This document shows positions 62,132 through 64,000 of a stretch of 64,000 bases of DNA, piece after piece. The DNA lies in the NCBI RefSeq assembly GCF_003918875.1, contig NW_025767079.1, positions 4,898,001 through 4,962,000 of the forward strand, read 5' to 3'. The notes below the pieces were generated by a model, which saw only the letters and a list, made by a program, of their open reading frames with translations, was not told the DNA's origin and made no database searches. The DNA is from Haliotis rubra. Lineage: Eukaryota. How positions within the stretch are numbered: the first letter of the stretch is position 1; the number at the start of each line of letters is the position of its first letter. Position numbers and translations under genes: made by a program.

Positions 62132-62507
62132 CAATATCCCTTTCATTCGTCGACTCTCGGTCCTTTCCGGAACATGCGTGAAGAGGTTTCTGAATGACAC
62201 GAGGTACTGACGAATGGTGCCCGTTATTTGGCGATTAACCGGAATGATACAAGGGGTAACGAATGACACAATTGTTTTAGTAGAACCGTTTAAATGGGCA
62301 CCCGTAAAAATGCTGAAAACGGGTACTCATGACATTAGTAATTTACTAGATAATATAGTGCTGAGAAGAACACCCACACCACTCCCACAATGAACCCCGT
62401 TGATAATAAATTACCAGTCCGCCCTATAACGCGTGGAAAATTGATATAGTTGGATTAAAAACATTCACTCCTATTTTTCTCTTAAAGTCACGTATGACAA
62501 ATATATA

Positions 62508-63822
62508 CACTCTTCGGAAACAGAAACGCGTAGGAGATTTTGAGAATATAGGACTCATGTAGCTGCGGCAAAAAAGAATACAAATATAATATATTTTCCA
62601 AAAACCTCATCTTTGTGTGATTGTAAACAGCTTCAGCGCCCAAAAGCGGCAATTTTAATCTTTTCCCTCGTTTTTGAAGCGTTTGAAGAAATTTTCGCCA
62701 AAACGCTACCAAGAAAACATGCAAAGCAAAATGCACGTGCAAGTAAGCGGAAAATCATGCGTATCGATCACTATAAAAAGGCAAACGTTGTGTTTAAATT
62801 TGGCATTCGTTTTTGCCAGGAAAAGAGGAAATCATCATGCCACGACTGAGTGCCGCCATTCGAAACATCGCCAAAGGCCGCCTTGAAGCAGTCTGCAGTT
62901 GCTCGACATTTATTCGTTCATCAGAGTATCATATCCCGCCATATCATGCCTTTCCTGCAGACCAATTCCGCCCAAGATCGCCCGTGAAGCGAAGCGGCCG
63001 TCCAAGAGTTACCACCCAAGCCCAGGACCGCTACATTCGGGCTGCTCACTTGCGTCAGCCGTGGAGACTGCACAACGCATCCCTGGTTTGAGAAGAATTT
63101 CTGACCAAAGTGTCAGGAATCGATTGCTGGTGGGGATTCGACCAAGAAGGCCCAGGAAAGGCCCCTGTTTTCATAGACTTCAATCGGTACACTCCGGAAC
63201 TGGAACTTTAGACACTGGAGACGAGTCTGGTTCAGTGATTCATCACGATTTCATTTTCACCGGATGGAAGACAGCGTGTTTACCGTCGAAGCAATTAACG
63301 TTTTGCCCCTAATTGCATTCGACAAGTCAACAGATTCGGTGGAGGCAGTGTCAGGGGTGTGGTTCTATATCCAACACACACAGATCTGATTTAGTGGTGG
63401 TTCAGGATACACCTACGAAGTCCTTGCACGTCACATGCTTCCGATTATGGACCGACAGAGCGAGTTGTTCCAGCATGACAACGCTACTTCACATACAGCA
63501 CGCGTCGCGGTCCGCTACCTTGCCAATTCTAATGTCAGTGTCTTGCCTTGGCCTTCCCGATTAAACTTCCACAACTGGCCTCGCATTGCATGAAGAACCG
63601 TGTCTGTTCCGAGACGGTGCCAAACAGTAATTGCTGCCAATGGTGGCCATACAAAGTACTGACTTTGACGCCATCTTGTGAACTCAAGTAAACAGAAACA
63701 CAATAATAGCGAACTCTTTGTCTATAAACGCGTCACCTTTTTAACATCGAATTAAATGAAATAATTGCCCTTAATCTAACGCAATAAATCCTTCTAAAAT
63801 GGCTTATGTGTTTCTTTTTACA
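62508..63822 (+). mobile_element. Decayed Tc1/mariner transposon (transposase pseudogene from 62837)
   Basis: Frameshifted MPRLS..GRLEA..RSGRPRVTTQAQDRYI..RISDQSVRNRL..WRRVWFSD..FGGGSV..LFQHDNA..VLPWPS. TA|CACTC left TIR and a degenerate right TIR at ~63793-63822. Confidence 0.9.
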
Positions 63823-64000
63823 AACACACACACACACAAAATTGTGGATTGTAATTCTATCTGAACACAGTGACTTTTAGAAACGTGTTCAGCTAGGGGA
63901 TTGTGGGTATTTGTAATGCGGAAGATCTAGATATTTCCATTTTTAACATTTAACATGAAAATGATACGAATTCTGGTTAAGATGTTGAGGTGTGGTAATC

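Larger units (their letters stand above)
53730..62460. repeat. Local tandem segmental duplication (~53730-56170 vs ~59040-62460)
   Basis: Collinear matches: 53735~59045, 54320~59262, 54680~60186, 55400~60720, 55750~62135 and 56130~62430. Confidence 0.85.

Overview
AT-rich, intron-containing animal genomic DNA, most likely a gastropod mollusc (the SINE families look abalone/Haliotis-like; inferred from repeats only). Manual splicing supports six protein-coding genes. (1) A + strand small, probably secreted BRICHOS-like protein (core exons 12997-15927). (2) A - strand 9-exon, 431-aa stand-alone SRA/YDG protein (28431-21380) with an N-terminal CDCA7/WDR76-like helix and an RxSxR motif, but none of the other UHRF1 domains. 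(3) An 11-exon DDOST/OST48 gene (41508-31997, -). (4-6) A compact trio: double-hotdog acyl-thioesterase (49243-44034, -), tail-anchored PhyH-type Fe/2OG dioxygenase (50360-51469, +), and a second paralogous thioesterase (56554-58237, +). The rest is SINEs (at least four families, some nested), hAT, Tc1, MULE-like and Merlin-like MITEs with visible TSDs, a Helentron-type element, a decayed Tc1 transposon, palindromic elements, minisatellites, a local segmental duplication and a 197-nt N gap. Most ORFs in the supplied track are spurious. Leading hypotheses: the SRA protein is a CDCA7-analogous HELLS recruiter for methylated DNA under an E2F/E-box promoter; the thioesterase-PhyH-thioesterase trio is a lipid-tailoring cluster; the headless Nin-type SINE starts with an HDV-like pseudoknot.
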